DNA of 64,000 nucleotides from a virus (lineage: Duplodnaviria > Heunggongvirae > Uroviricota > Caudoviricetes): IMG/VR virus record IMGVR_UViG_3300032294_001260; one strand, 5' to 3'. The notes beneath the pieces were generated by a model. That model saw nothing but the letters and a program-made list of their open reading frames with translations. It was not told the origin of the DNA and did not search any database. Shown here in pieces: positions 26,837 to 36,019 of this stretch. Every line of letters starts with the position of its first letter. Position 1 is the first letter of the stretch. The position numbers and the translations under genes were made by a program.

Positions 26837-27204
26837 GGCTTGTCCTCTGCTTTGTTGATAGATTTGATTGCCAATTCCACAGCCTCCGCCGCAGCCTCCG
26901 CCGCAGCCTCCGCCGCCCAAGCCGCCGCATCTGCCGCCGCATCCGTTGCAGCAGCAGCAGCCTCCGCTGCCGCCTCCGCCTCCGCCTCATGATACCGCAT
27001 CGCCGCCTCCGCCTCCGCATACGCTGCCTCATACGCTGCCGACGCCAACTCCTCTGCCTCTGCCGCCGCCGCTTTCGCCGCCGCCTCCGCTGCTTCGGGT
27101 GTGCGCTCTTCGCACATTGTTTTCCACTCAAGACCATATCCTCGCTGGTCGGCAAAGGATTGGTGTTCTGCGAGGCGCATCCACATTTGGTTAAGGTCTG
27201 TCAT
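26833..27204 (-). CDS. Mini-gene, DLDEMW Ala-rich family
   Basis: MTDLNQMWMRLAEHQSFADQRGYG...AIKSINKAEDKP. Confidence 0.7.
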   Translation of the reverse strand: MTDLNQMWMRLAEHQSFADQRGYGLEWKTMCEERTPEAAEAAAKAAAAEAEELASAAYEAAYAEAEAAMRYHEAEAEAAAEAAAAATDAAADAAAWAAEAAAEAAAEAVELAIKSINKAEDKP

Positions 27205-27235
27205 TTTAAATGCCTGTCTTTATAGCAGTTTTGCA

Positions 27236-28588
27236 CTAAATCGTCTTCGCAAGGGTTTCTAAAGCCTTGAGTTTGATCTGTTCATCGGTCCACCCCTCTT
27301 GCTTCAAATTGTCGATTTCAGTAGCACATAAAAAGAGCGATCTACTCCCGTAAGTAAAAGTTACACTATAGTCATATGAATTTTTGTGCACACCCAACTC
27401 GCTCAAATCAACAGTTGGCTTGGCTGCGGCTTTCAGTGTCGCTTCCGCATCAACCTTCGTGTACAAATCCACGAACGCAGTCTTGGTGTCGCCATCGAAT
27501 CGGTTCAAGCACATTTCGATTGCCTTCAGTCGATTGCCGAAGATCGAAAATGCCTTGGCAATATGCACAAGGCGACGGGTCGAGATAATCTCATCGACTG
27601 CACCATCCGCGAAAGACTTTCGGATAATATCAGCCCAAGTGATTAGATGCTCGATGAAAGTAGCATCAGTAAGACCAAGAGTCTCAAAATTCTTCTCAAG
27701 AATTTTGCGCTCGGTTGCTGCTGGCGGATATTCCTGTTCAACCGTAATAGCGAATCGTTCAAGGAAAGCATCATTCAGCACATTCGTGCCGATGAATCGA
27801 CCGTCATCGCTGCCCTTGCCCTTCGTGTTCGCAGTCGCGATCACGTTGAAACCAGCGGCAGGATGAACAACCTCACCCGTCTTCTTGTCGAAGTATGGCT
27901 TGCCTTCAAGAATAGGCTGTAAGCACAGAATGTCTTCCGTGCCGAGATCAGTCTCGTCAAGAAGCAGTACAGCGCCACGACGCATCGCGGTGATGACTGG
28001 ACCCTCGCGGCGAATCGTGTTGCCGTCAACAAGTTCGTAAGAGCCGATAAGATCAGATTCATCGGTGCGCTTGGTGATGTTGACGCGAATCAACTCACGC
28101 TTGAGCGCAGCACAAACTTGCTCAATCATGAACGTCTTGCCGTTACCAGAAAGACCTGTGATGTAGATAGGATAGAAAATGCGAGACTTGATAATGTCAC
28201 GCAGATCATTATAAAACCCGAACGGAACATACGTTTCGTTGCGATCAGGCACAAACGACTCGGTGACGTTTTGCGCACGCTTCGCCGCGATGTTCACAAC
28301 CTGCGCAACCATCGCGGGAGCCGCAACTTCAGCAGCAACAGTCTGCTTCTGCTTCGGAGCAGCGGGAGTAATGCACCCTACATGCTTCGGGACGATGTTA
28401 TACTGACCGTGATTTACCTTGCGCTCGCGCAAGATAAAATATGGATAACCCTTAACGCTGTTGTTCTCGTCCTTGACAAAAGAATCCAATTCCTTGAGAG
28501 AAATAGTTTCCTTATCGAAATACGCAGTCAACTGTTCAAGTATTTCGATGCGCGAATCGAGAGTATCATAATTAGATTTTCTGGGCAT
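27236..28588 (-). CDS. cobS: MoxR-type AAA+ ATPase (phage CobS-like)
   Basis: GLSGNGKT, TDESDLIG, LLLDE, TANTKGKG, NDAFLERF, ISTRRL. Confidence 0.88.
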   Translation of the reverse strand: MPRKSNYDTLDSRIEILEQLTAYFDKETISLKELDSFVKDENNSVKGYPYFILRERKVNHGQYNIVPKHVGCITPAAPKQKQTVAAEVAAPAMVAQVVNIAAKRAQNVTESFVPDRNETYVPFGFYNDLRDIIKSRIFYPIYITGLSGNGKTFMIEQVCAALKRELIRVNITKRTDESDLIGSYELVDGNTIRREGPVITAMRRGAVLLLDETDLGTEDILCLQPILEGKPYFDKKTGEVVHPAAGFNVIATANTKGKGSDDGRFIGTNVLNDAFLERFAITVEQEYPPAATERKILEKNFETLGLTDATFIEHLITWADIIRKSFADGAVDEIISTRRLVHIAKAFSIFGNRLKAIEMCLNRFDGDTKTAFVDLYTKVDAEATLKAAAKPTVDLSELGVHKNSYDYSVTFTYGSRSLFLCATEIDNLKQEGWTDEQIKLKALETLAKTI

Positions 28589-28602
28589 TTTATTACTCAC
28601 TG

Positions 28603-28707
28603 TTACATTACAAAGTTAAATGTAGGAAATTTCGTTTTCATAAAACTATTATCCCCTAAAAACACTCGAAAGTAAAGGGAAAAAACTCTAATGAAATCAA
28701 TAACTTA
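28603..28707 (-). promoter_or_regulatory. IHF-box/sigma70 promoter module, copy 3, with a 12-codon leaderless uORF
   Basis: AATCAATAACTTA 28695-707, 18-nt gap, TTTACT-17-GATAAT, 6 nt, ATGAAAACG... (MKTKFPTFNFVM*, 28641-28603). Confidence 0.75.
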
Positions 28708-28714
28708 CGGTGCC

Positions 28715-31123
28715 TTACGAAACAGCCAATTCTTCAGCGAGTTTTGTCAACAGAAGTCGGTTGGTCTTCTTGCTATTGACAGTCTTGGTAAACTCGCGAA
28801 CCATCTTATTCTTGGTCATATCACCAGTGATCACGAGTTTTTGGTCGGTGATGTTGGTATTCGGAAGAACAACATAGAAATACTTCTCATAACCAATATT
28901 ACTGGTCACAAAGTGGTTATTTTCTTTGAAACTTTTATGAGCCAATCGACTTTCTTCATAGGACTTGCCATACATCAAGTGCTTGAAATTTTCTCTGTAG
29001 TATTTCTGATCGCCAAGATAAAAACCGATGTGCTTGCAGCCAGTAACATCAGCAACAAGTTGAGTGATGGCGCTCTGGTAAGCAGAAGCACCACTATGAG
29101 GCAACTTGATCTTTTTCTTGGTTTTCTTGTCTACAAGATACACAACAGATTTTAATACCTCTGACCAATTCGTGGTTTGAGGATGAACCAAATTCATGCG
29201 GCCTTCACCATCAGTCAGGTAGACAACGTTACAAACATCAACTTTATTGTCGCGCTGAAACTTGGTCACGATATCACGGGAAGCGAGCAGAGTCTCAATA
29301 AACGGGGTTGCGTTCAAACCAAACCCAGATGATTTTGGAAGATATCCATTGGATCCGATGGCAACAACACACATCGCGTTGAAAGCACGACGATATTGTG
29401 TATGTGACAAAGAAGAACCAATCAAGTGCTTCAGATGAAAACTACTAGCATCGAGTCCAATATCAACATTAGGGTTGCACACAAACTGACTACTTTTCCT
29501 TCGCATTTCGCGCAGTTTTTCGTTGTCGTAAAAATCATTAGAGAACCCATAAACGTCAAACGGAACCTTGGCAAGTTTGCAGAAGGACGCAAGCACAAGC
29601 ATCTGCTCAATCGTGTTGCGGAGAATATCTGTCATCGAGCCAGACATATCAACAAACATGATAAAGCCATGATTCTTGCCTTTCGGCACAACTTCGATCT
29701 TACGGAACAAGTCGTTACTGAAACGGTACTTGTGTAGTACATTCATGTTCAGTTCGCCAGTTCGAGCAGTCTGAGTTCGAGCATATTCGCTCGCCTTCTT
29801 GCGCATCTCAAATTCCTTCAAGATATGCATAATGACTTTCTTGTTGCTGGCATTAAATTTGCGTGTGGATTCCTGAGCAAGTTTTTCATATGCGATGCTG
29901 GTTACACGATAGCGTTCTGCCTTTTTGGTGGCATCGTCTCGGAAGTATTTTTCTAGGTCTTTGATGACTTCCGTGTTAGGAAGAATGATGTTGTCAAGAA
30001 CAGCATCAGGCAAGTCAAACATAAGGACTTTACCAGATTGATTGACAAGTTCCCGCTCACGGCGACGGAAATTGCGGTCAGTTACTGACTGCGGTCCATC
30101 ATTTTGGTCATCTTCGTCACTGTCTTCATCGTCATCTTCGTCGCTGTCTTCATCGTCATCTTCGTCACTGTCTTCATCGTCATCTTCGTCGCTGTCTTCA
30201 TCGTCATCTTCGTCGCTGTCTTCATCGTCATCTTCGTCGCTGTCTTCATCGTCATCTTCGTCGCTGTCTCCGCCTGAACCACTAGATTCAGAATTAAAGT
30301 CTGAATCATCGGAGTCGTCGGAGTCGTCGGACTCATCAGAATTATCTGGATCATATGAGTCGGAGCCATCAGACGCTTCATCTAATTCCGATTCGTCGTC
30401 CGATTCATCGCTTTCGCCCAGATCGTAAGAATCTTCTTCTTCTTCGTCTTCGTCTTCGGAGCCTTGAGAGTCATCGGAAATTTCTTCATTTTGAAGATTT
30501 CGCATCTGCTCTAGAATCTGATCTTGAAGATCGTCTTGGTTTTGGACTTTGTTTTTCTCGTGTGTCTTCACATAGTCATACACACGACCAGCGATGTCAA
30601 CAACCTGATCCCAAGTTTCAGCGGCATCAATTTCTTTGACGATTTCACGCTCGAAATCGTTGAACTCAACAACGACATGCGCGCCCATCTTAAACCGAAG
30701 ATTTACACGGTCAATAAGATTGAGTTTGTTCAGGTCGTCGAGTTTCTTGATGCCGAAGAAATCGCTTTCATACAGCGAAGCATAAGCACGAGCAAAGGAC
30801 TTGGAGAGTCCAGGGAACTTGCGCTTGATAAGTTTCTCGATGCGAGCATCTTCGATGACGTTCAAAAAATCTTTGAACTTCTTTTCGTTCTGGGTGACTT
30901 GATCATGCCACCCGTGCTCGGGGGTGTTCAGAGCATGACCCACTTCGTGACCCGTGAGCAAATCGTAAAGATCGCCGTCCATGTCCTTCCATACTGGAAG
31001 AACCATCGTGCGAGCCTTGAGATCAAAATATGCGGTCTTGACGTTTTGGTGCGAGACCGTGATATTCTCGGAAGCCAAAAGTTTGGCGAGAATAGATTTG
31101 GAAGACTGTAAATTAGTTTTCAT
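28715..31123 (-). CDS. CobT-like partner: HExxH N-domain, acidic linker, VWA domain
   Basis: LTGHEVGHAL, NVIEDARIE, MIDAS FVDMSGSM, YLTDGE; leaderless ATG at 31123. Confidence 0.85.
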   Translation of the reverse strand: MKTNLQSSKSILAKLLASENITVSHQNVKTAYFDLKARTMVLPVWKDMDGDLYDLLTGHEVGHALNTPEHGWHDQVTQNEKKFKDFLNVIEDARIEKLIKRKFPGLSKSFARAYASLYESDFFGIKKLDDLNKLNLIDRVNLRFKMGAHVVVEFNDFEREIVKEIDAAETWDQVVDIAGRVYDYVKTHEKNKVQNQDDLQDQILEQMRNLQNEEISDDSQGSEDEDEEEEDSYDLGESDESDDESELDEASDGSDSYDPDNSDESDDSDDSDDSDFNSESSGSGGDSDEDDDEDSDEDDDEDSDEDDDEDSDEDDDEDSDEDDDEDSDEDDDEDSDEDDQNDGPQSVTDRNFRRRERELVNQSGKVLMFDLPDAVLDNIILPNTEVIKDLEKYFRDDATKKAERYRVTSIAYEKLAQESTRKFNASNKKVIMHILKEFEMRKKASEYARTQTARTGELNMNVLHKYRFSNDLFRKIEVVPKGKNHGFIMFVDMSGSMTDILRNTIEQMLVLASFCKLAKVPFDVYGFSNDFYDNEKLREMRRKSSQFVCNPNVDIGLDASSFHLKHLIGSSLSHTQYRRAFNAMCVVAIGSNGYLPKSSGFGLNATPFIETLLASRDIVTKFQRDNKVDVCNVVYLTDGEGRMNLVHPQTTNWSEVLKSVVYLVDKKTKKKIKLPHSGASAYQSAITQLVADVTGCKHIGFYLGDQKYYRENFKHLMYGKSYEESRLAHKSFKENNHFVTSNIGYEKYFYVVLPNTNITDQKLVITGDMTKNKMVREFTKTVNSKKTNRLLLTKLAEELAVS
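30107..30268. repeat. 24-bp tandem repeat, about 7 copies, encoding (DSDEDDDE)n
   Basis: ctgtcttcatcgtcatcttcgtc(a/g) units differing only at one synonymous site. Confidence 0.92.
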
Positions 31124-31189
31124 GGAGCCATTATCCCTTAAAATCAACAAAAAGTAAAGGGAAAAAACTCTAATGAAATCAATAACTTA
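31121..31189 (-). promoter_or_regulatory. IHF-box/sigma70 promoter module, copy 4
   Basis: AATCAATAACTTA 31177-89, 18-nt gap, TTTACT-17-GATAAT, 6 nt, ATGAAAAC. Confidence 0.8.
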
Positions 31190-31786
31190 CGCTCCGACGG
31201 TTTTTAGGTACGTTTCAACCTCTTTTTCAGTGACCGAATCCATTCTCTTGAGATTTTTCTTGACTTTTCGTTTTGCTTTTTCCAAGTTTATTGGACTGAC
31301 CTTTTCAGTGAATACAACCCCGTCTAGATGATCTAGTTCATGTTGAACACAGACGGCAGTCAACCCATCAAATTCTTGTTCAACAAACTGGCCACCTAAC
31401 GCTTGGAATCTTACCTTGATATGATTCGAGCGATTCAGTTTTAAATACAATCCACGGTAACTCAAGCAGCCTTCAGAAAAATCTGCGGGCACTTCATTTT
31501 TTTCAATGATGTAAGGATTGAATAGCGTCCAAATTTTATCACCCATGTTGATAACGCAAACTCGATGCGGCAATCCGCACTGATTTGCAGACAAGCCCAA
31601 GCCACCATACTTGCTCATGGTTTCGGCGAGTGAGTATGCGTAATAGTCAATTACCTTTGTGACGTTGGGTTGGTTAAAGTCGAATGGTATAGTTGGCTTT
31701 CTAAGAATTGGGTCATAGAAATCTACCAGAGGCAGAATTTCATACTCTACCAACTCGCCATTGATATACTTTAATATTTTGCTCAT
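31187..31786 (-). CDS. def: Peptide deformylase
   Basis: GLGLSANQ, EGCLS, QHELDHLDG. Confidence 0.93.
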   Translation of the reverse strand: MSKILKYINGELVEYEILPLVDFYDPILRKPTIPFDFNQPNVTKVIDYYAYSLAETMSKYGGLGLSANQCGLPHRVCVINMGDKIWTLFNPYIIEKNEVPADFSEGCLSYRGLYLKLNRSNHIKVRFQALGGQFVEQEFDGLTAVCVQHELDHLDGVVFTEKVSPINLEKAKRKVKKNLKRMDSVTEKEVETYLKTVGA

Positions 31787-31790
31787 GAAA

Positions 31791-32462
31791 TCACCTGTTT
31801 TTGTGTCTGCCTAAAATCCATCCACTTGGCTCTAATCCTTCATAAAAGGCTTTAGTCTCAACACCGTTATTATATAACTTTTTACCTTTTAATTTACCAA
31901 TTTGACCATACATGCCATTTTTAACGCCAACATTTCTATTACTTTTTTCCCATATATCTTTGTTTTTTAAAATAATATTGGGATCTTTGCTCGGATTGTT
32001 TTCTAACATCCGTTGTTTAGCAGAATTTCGATGGGACAGTGCTCTATCTGTAGAATAATATTTTTTTAGCCCTTCGGAAATATTTTCTCCACCTTTATGC
32101 TTTTCGCCCTTTCGAGTTTTACCGAACATAGGGTTGTTTTTTCCATTAACATCCATACCAAAAAATCCATTTATTCTAGCCTCAGATTTATTCAACCATT
32201 GATCAGATTTTACAGCGTTATATTTTTTTTGTAATTTTAATTCCGCTTTTAATGCAGATTTTCTTGTTTTATGTTTACTCACGATCTCAACTTCAAATAA
32301 ATGTGGATTGTTTTTAATTTCTTGTTCCCAAAGTTGGTAATATTGTTTAGAGGCTACACTACCTTTATATCCCTGTTTAATTTTAATGAAAGAACTTGAT
32401 CCAATATATTTGTTTGGAGTAAATTTATCACCTTTATAAGTTGTTATATACACACAATACAT
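31791..32462 (-). mobile_element. GIY-YIG free-standing homing endonuclease (Seg-like) with NUMOD3-like repeats
   Basis: YCVYITT...KYIGSS, N-terminal E...N pattern, NNPMFGK and NGMYG; AT-rich; own late promoter. Confidence 0.8.
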
Positions 32463-32491
32463 ATTGAGCCTCTAGAAGTAATGTATTGATT

Positions 32492-32499
32492 TATTTATA
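32492..32499 (-). promoter_or_regulatory. T4 late promoter for the GIY-YIG gene
   Basis: TATAAATA between the gp46 stop and the endonuclease ATG. Confidence 0.6.
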
Positions 32500-32509
32500 T
32501 ATATAACAA

Positions 32510-34222
32510 TCAACTATCTACAATGACTGAAAAATTTTGTTTTTTAGCGAATCGAATTGTTGTTTTAAACTTGTCTAACATTTGTTCTGTTTTATGACTA
32601 ATGACGAATAAATTGGTGTCTTGACTCAAAGAGTCAAAAATTTTTAATAGACACTCAGTTCCCGAAGCATCTAAACTACCATCAAAAACTTCATCTAAGA
32701 TTAGAAGATTACATGAAACTGAGTTTTTTAGTTTAGCAATAGACCTCCAAGCAAAAAGTATCGCCAAATTCAATCTAGCCTTTTCGCCTTCTGAGAAGTT
32801 TTCATAACTGAAATCATCTCGGTGACGAGACTTGATGGTCTCCTTGAACTCTTCATCAATCGTGAAATTGACAAAGAAGTCCATCGCAGTCAAATACTTG
32901 TTAACCAGTTTGTTGATGACTGGAACGTACTGCTTAATGATCTGCGCCTTAATCCCGCCATCTTTAAGCAACTGCGCGACAATATCATAGTTCTGTGTTT
33001 GTTCTGATACTAGTTTTCTACTCTCATTAAATGTTTGTAGTGCATTCAGTAATTCTTTCGATTGCGCCTTGAATGCGTCACTCATCGCTGGTTTACTTTC
33101 TATCTCTTGGATTTCTTTTTCAAGTTTCGCAATATAGTTTCGAACCTGCTTGCGAGAAGTATTAATCCGCACAAGATCTTGTTCAAGAATTTTGAGTGCT
33201 TTCTGTACATTTTTAATTGTATTGATTCGACGTAGAACGGCATCACTCTCTTCCTTCAGTTTGGTTAGACCATCAGTCAGTTGTGTAATTTTATTGTTGC
33301 AAGTATGTACTTTTTCTTCTTTGTTATTGATAGTTTGATCGCAAGTTGGACATGTTGAATTTACAGAATAGAATTCGATGTCTTTCTCAAGTTTCTGAAT
33401 ATTTCCTTCAATCTTTGCTTCGAGTTGGTTCAGTTTTGTAAACTTTTTACTTATTGCATCGTCATCTGATACTTCGGTCAGTAGGTTTTCGATTTGTGCT
33501 TCTTTATCTTCTGCTTCAATTTCGAGTGCCGAGAGTGATGCCGCATTTTCGGCTATTTCTTGTCTCTTTGCGTCTACGATTTCTTTTGTGTTTTTCTTCA
33601 GTTCTTCAAGATGTTTCTTATGTAGTTCGATCTTATCTTTGATATTATCAATTTGAATCTTTAGTTGTGCTGCTTCATCTTTGAGTGTCGTCAGTTTGCT
33701 CTTTACAATTCCATTCATCGCAGAGAAGATCTGAATATCGAGCAAGTCTTCGATGACCGCACGACGATCAGACGCAGATAACTGCATGAATGGAGTAAAA
33801 TTGGTTGACCCTAGAATTACAATCTGTGTGAATGACTTGTAGTTCATCTTGAGAATGTTCTTCTCAAGATGTTCTTGGTAATCCCTCGAACTTGCGTCCT
33901 GATTTAGGAGTTCTTGGTCACAATAGATTTCAAATGTATTGGGTTTGATGCCGCGAATGATCTTGTATGACTTTTCGCCGATGTCAAATTCGATCTCAAC
34001 CACACAATTTTTTTCATTGATAGAGTTTACCAACTGAGACTTGTTGACGTTTCTGAAAGGTTTACCGAATAACGAAAACGTAATAGCATCTAGAAAAGTC
34101 GATTTTCCAGCGCCATTCTCACCAACTATGAGAGTTGTTGAGTTTTTGTTGAGATCGATTTCTGTGAATACATTTCCCGCTGATAGGAAATTTTTAAACT
34201 TCACGGTGCGAAAAACAATCAT
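32510..34222 (-). CDS. gp46: Recombination endonuclease subunit, Rad50/SbcC-like
   Basis: GENGAGKST, CPTC zinc hook, FSEGEK, LILDEVFD, VISH. Confidence 0.95.
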   Translation of the reverse strand: MIVFRTVKFKNFLSAGNVFTEIDLNKNSTTLIVGENGAGKSTFLDAITFSLFGKPFRNVNKSQLVNSINEKNCVVEIEFDIGEKSYKIIRGIKPNTFEIYCDQELLNQDASSRDYQEHLEKNILKMNYKSFTQIVILGSTNFTPFMQLSASDRRAVIEDLLDIQIFSAMNGIVKSKLTTLKDEAAQLKIQIDNIKDKIELHKKHLEELKKNTKEIVDAKRQEIAENAASLSALEIEAEDKEAQIENLLTEVSDDDAISKKFTKLNQLEAKIEGNIQKLEKDIEFYSVNSTCPTCDQTINNKEEKVHTCNNKITQLTDGLTKLKEESDAVLRRINTIKNVQKALKILEQDLVRINTSRKQVRNYIAKLEKEIQEIESKPAMSDAFKAQSKELLNALQTFNESRKLVSEQTQNYDIVAQLLKDGGIKAQIIKQYVPVINKLVNKYLTAMDFFVNFTIDEEFKETIKSRHRDDFSYENFSEGEKARLNLAILFAWRSIAKLKNSVSCNLLILDEVFDGSLDASGTECLLKIFDSLSQDTNLFVISHKTEQMLDKFKTTIRFAKKQNFSVIVDS

Positions 34223-35275
34223 GTAGTCTCCATAGACATCGCTTCACGATACACATCACGCAAAACACTTTTTATTTTACTAGATTCAACGGGCAAAGTC
34301 AAATTATCAACATAAGAATTCAGGATAGAAATTGTATCTTGCGCTTGGTCTATATCAATATCCACGTTCTCTGTAATATCCGAATAGTCTTCAACAATCG
34401 AAATCTCGACGGGCGAAACCTTCGTTAGGTTATCAATCAACGCATCAAACAAGAACGTGTTGTCACGTTTCTCAACTATAATTTTGACGTATTTATTTGC
34501 GTGCTGCGAGTAGTCCGCATTGACAATGTCATCATAAAGCAACTTATCGTCGTTATATTTGATCTTATGGAACATCTTCAACGGACTCTGGATGAAAGTC
34601 AGTTCTCTAGTCTCGGTGTCGAAGATATGAAATCCTTTGGGATCTCCGCAATCGCTCCAAGTCATTTCATATGGTGTGCCAGTATAAACTATGTTCCCCT
34701 TACTGCTTTTATAGTGGAAGTGTCCCGATAGCACAACATCATATTTTTTCAACAACGATGCATCCATACCTTCATGGCAAATATTACCGCGATCCATTTC
34801 AAACCCAGCAAGTTCAAAATGACCAAAGCATATTTGGTTCTTACTTCTCTTGATAAAGTCTAAAACCTCTAGTTCGTTGTCTTTGCAGATCCAAGGAATA
34901 ACATCGACACCATCTACCCATGAAAAAGGCTGATTGTAAACATAAACATTCTTGTAATCTTGAAGAAGCAATTCTGGAGAATTGACCTCAAGAGTATTCT
35001 TGAATGTAATGTCATGATTGCCAAGAAGTGTGTGTAGTTCTAAATCATGCCGAACAATTTCATCAAAGAAATACCTACGGCAAAGATCAAGAGACTGAAA
35101 AGAGATATACTTCCGACGATCAAATAAGTCACCCAACTGAAAGATGGTGGTAATTCCATTTTGCACCAAGTAAGGAAAAAAGTGTTGTGAATAAAACTCT
35201 TTGAAATGATTGTGAAAGGCGATGCTGTCACCTCTTGCGCCGAAAGTGTGTGTCGCCAAGAATTGCAATTTTCAA
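34219..35275 (-). CDS. gp47: Recombination endonuclease subunit, Mre11/SbcD-like; +1 frameshift at codon 11
   Basis: True start TTG at 35275 (GGAGG RBS) gives MKIAILGDTHF, then a stop; the rest (FGARGDS, LGDLFDRR, GNHD, GHFE, SGHFH) is in the +1 frame. Confidence 0.9.
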
Positions 35276-35475
35276 GCCGACCCTCCTTGACGGACTTTGT
35301 CCGTAGTTGATGTTGATGGGGCGGGACCGTCTTTACCGATTCTTGGTTCTGGATCGATCCCATTTAAATAATATTTTTTATATAAATCTTTGCTAACGCC
35401 AGTTGCTTCTCGTAACTCGCGCCAACCATAATATTCTACGCCTTTATATTCCAAAAGTAAAGCATTATGACTCAA
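35272..35475 (-). CDS. Small HTH-like protein (NUMOD1-like; possible endonuclease remnant)
   Basis: YKGVEYYGWRELREATGVS; overlaps gp55 stop and gp47 start. Confidence 0.5.
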   Translation of the reverse strand: MSHNALLLEYKGVEYYGWRELREATGVSKDLYKKYYLNGIDPEPRIGKDGPAPSTSTTDKVRQGGSA

Positions 35476-36008
35476 TCCATAAATTTTTCCAACGCAATCT
35501 TTTTGGTCTTTTTAACCTTCTTTTCTTTTAAAGACTTCTCATAATTTTCAATAAACTCTGCTATGTTATCATAAAGTTCAAATTGACGGAAGGGGGGAGT
35601 TCCGTCGTCGGTTTCGTTGATCTCGTATTCATCGGTGAGACCGCATATTTGAGTTGACTTATATTTCACATACAACTCTTGCTTCTCCCTCTTGATTCGA
35701 CGCAAGAAAGCAAAGAATGTAACCTGACTGAAATACGCAAACGGATTGCTAGATTTTTTAGGGTCAAAATTGTCTATGTACCTGACACAATTCTCAACTG
35801 CGTCGGAGATCATTTCATCTTTGAATGTATAAGCAATGAACTTGTGATTATGTGAATAGTTTTCAGCAATCTTCAAAAAACATTCGGCGATAAATCTAGG
35901 AATCTGTGGCCTCGGCTCTTTCGCTCTTTTTGCTTTGTTGACGGATTTTCGAAACTTTACCATCTCATCAAGAAATTGCTTGTTGTCAATATAATTATTC
36001 TTTGCCAT
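35472..36008 (-). CDS. gp55: Late-transcription sigma factor
   Basis: NYIDNKQFL, FLKIAE, DEMISDAVENC, FDPKKSSNPFAYFSQ, AFLRRIKREK. Confidence 0.93.
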   Translation of the reverse strand: MAKNNYIDNKQFLDEMVKFRKSVNKAKRAKEPRPQIPRFIAECFLKIAENYSHNHKFIAYTFKDEMISDAVENCVRYIDNFDPKKSSNPFAYFSQVTFFAFLRRIKREKQELYVKYKSTQICGLTDEYEINETDDGTPPFRQFELYDNIAEFIENYEKSLKEKKVKKTKKIALEKFMD

Positions 36009-36019
36009 ATAAATCCTTA

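Noticed and set aside
24786-27225. Arg-, Gly- and Pro-rich ORFs overlapping the DLDEMW genes
   Set aside because: Same low-complexity shadow effect; no RBS or family signal
29763-29773. 11-nt match (cgagcagtctg) to the loop of the 21.1-kb RNA candidate
   Set aside because: Same orientation, so not antisense, and of a length that can occur by chance
30042-30428. Poly-Ser plus-strand ORF and KMTMKTAT alternative-frame ORF
   Set aside because: Shadows of the 24-bp acidic repeat in the VWA gene
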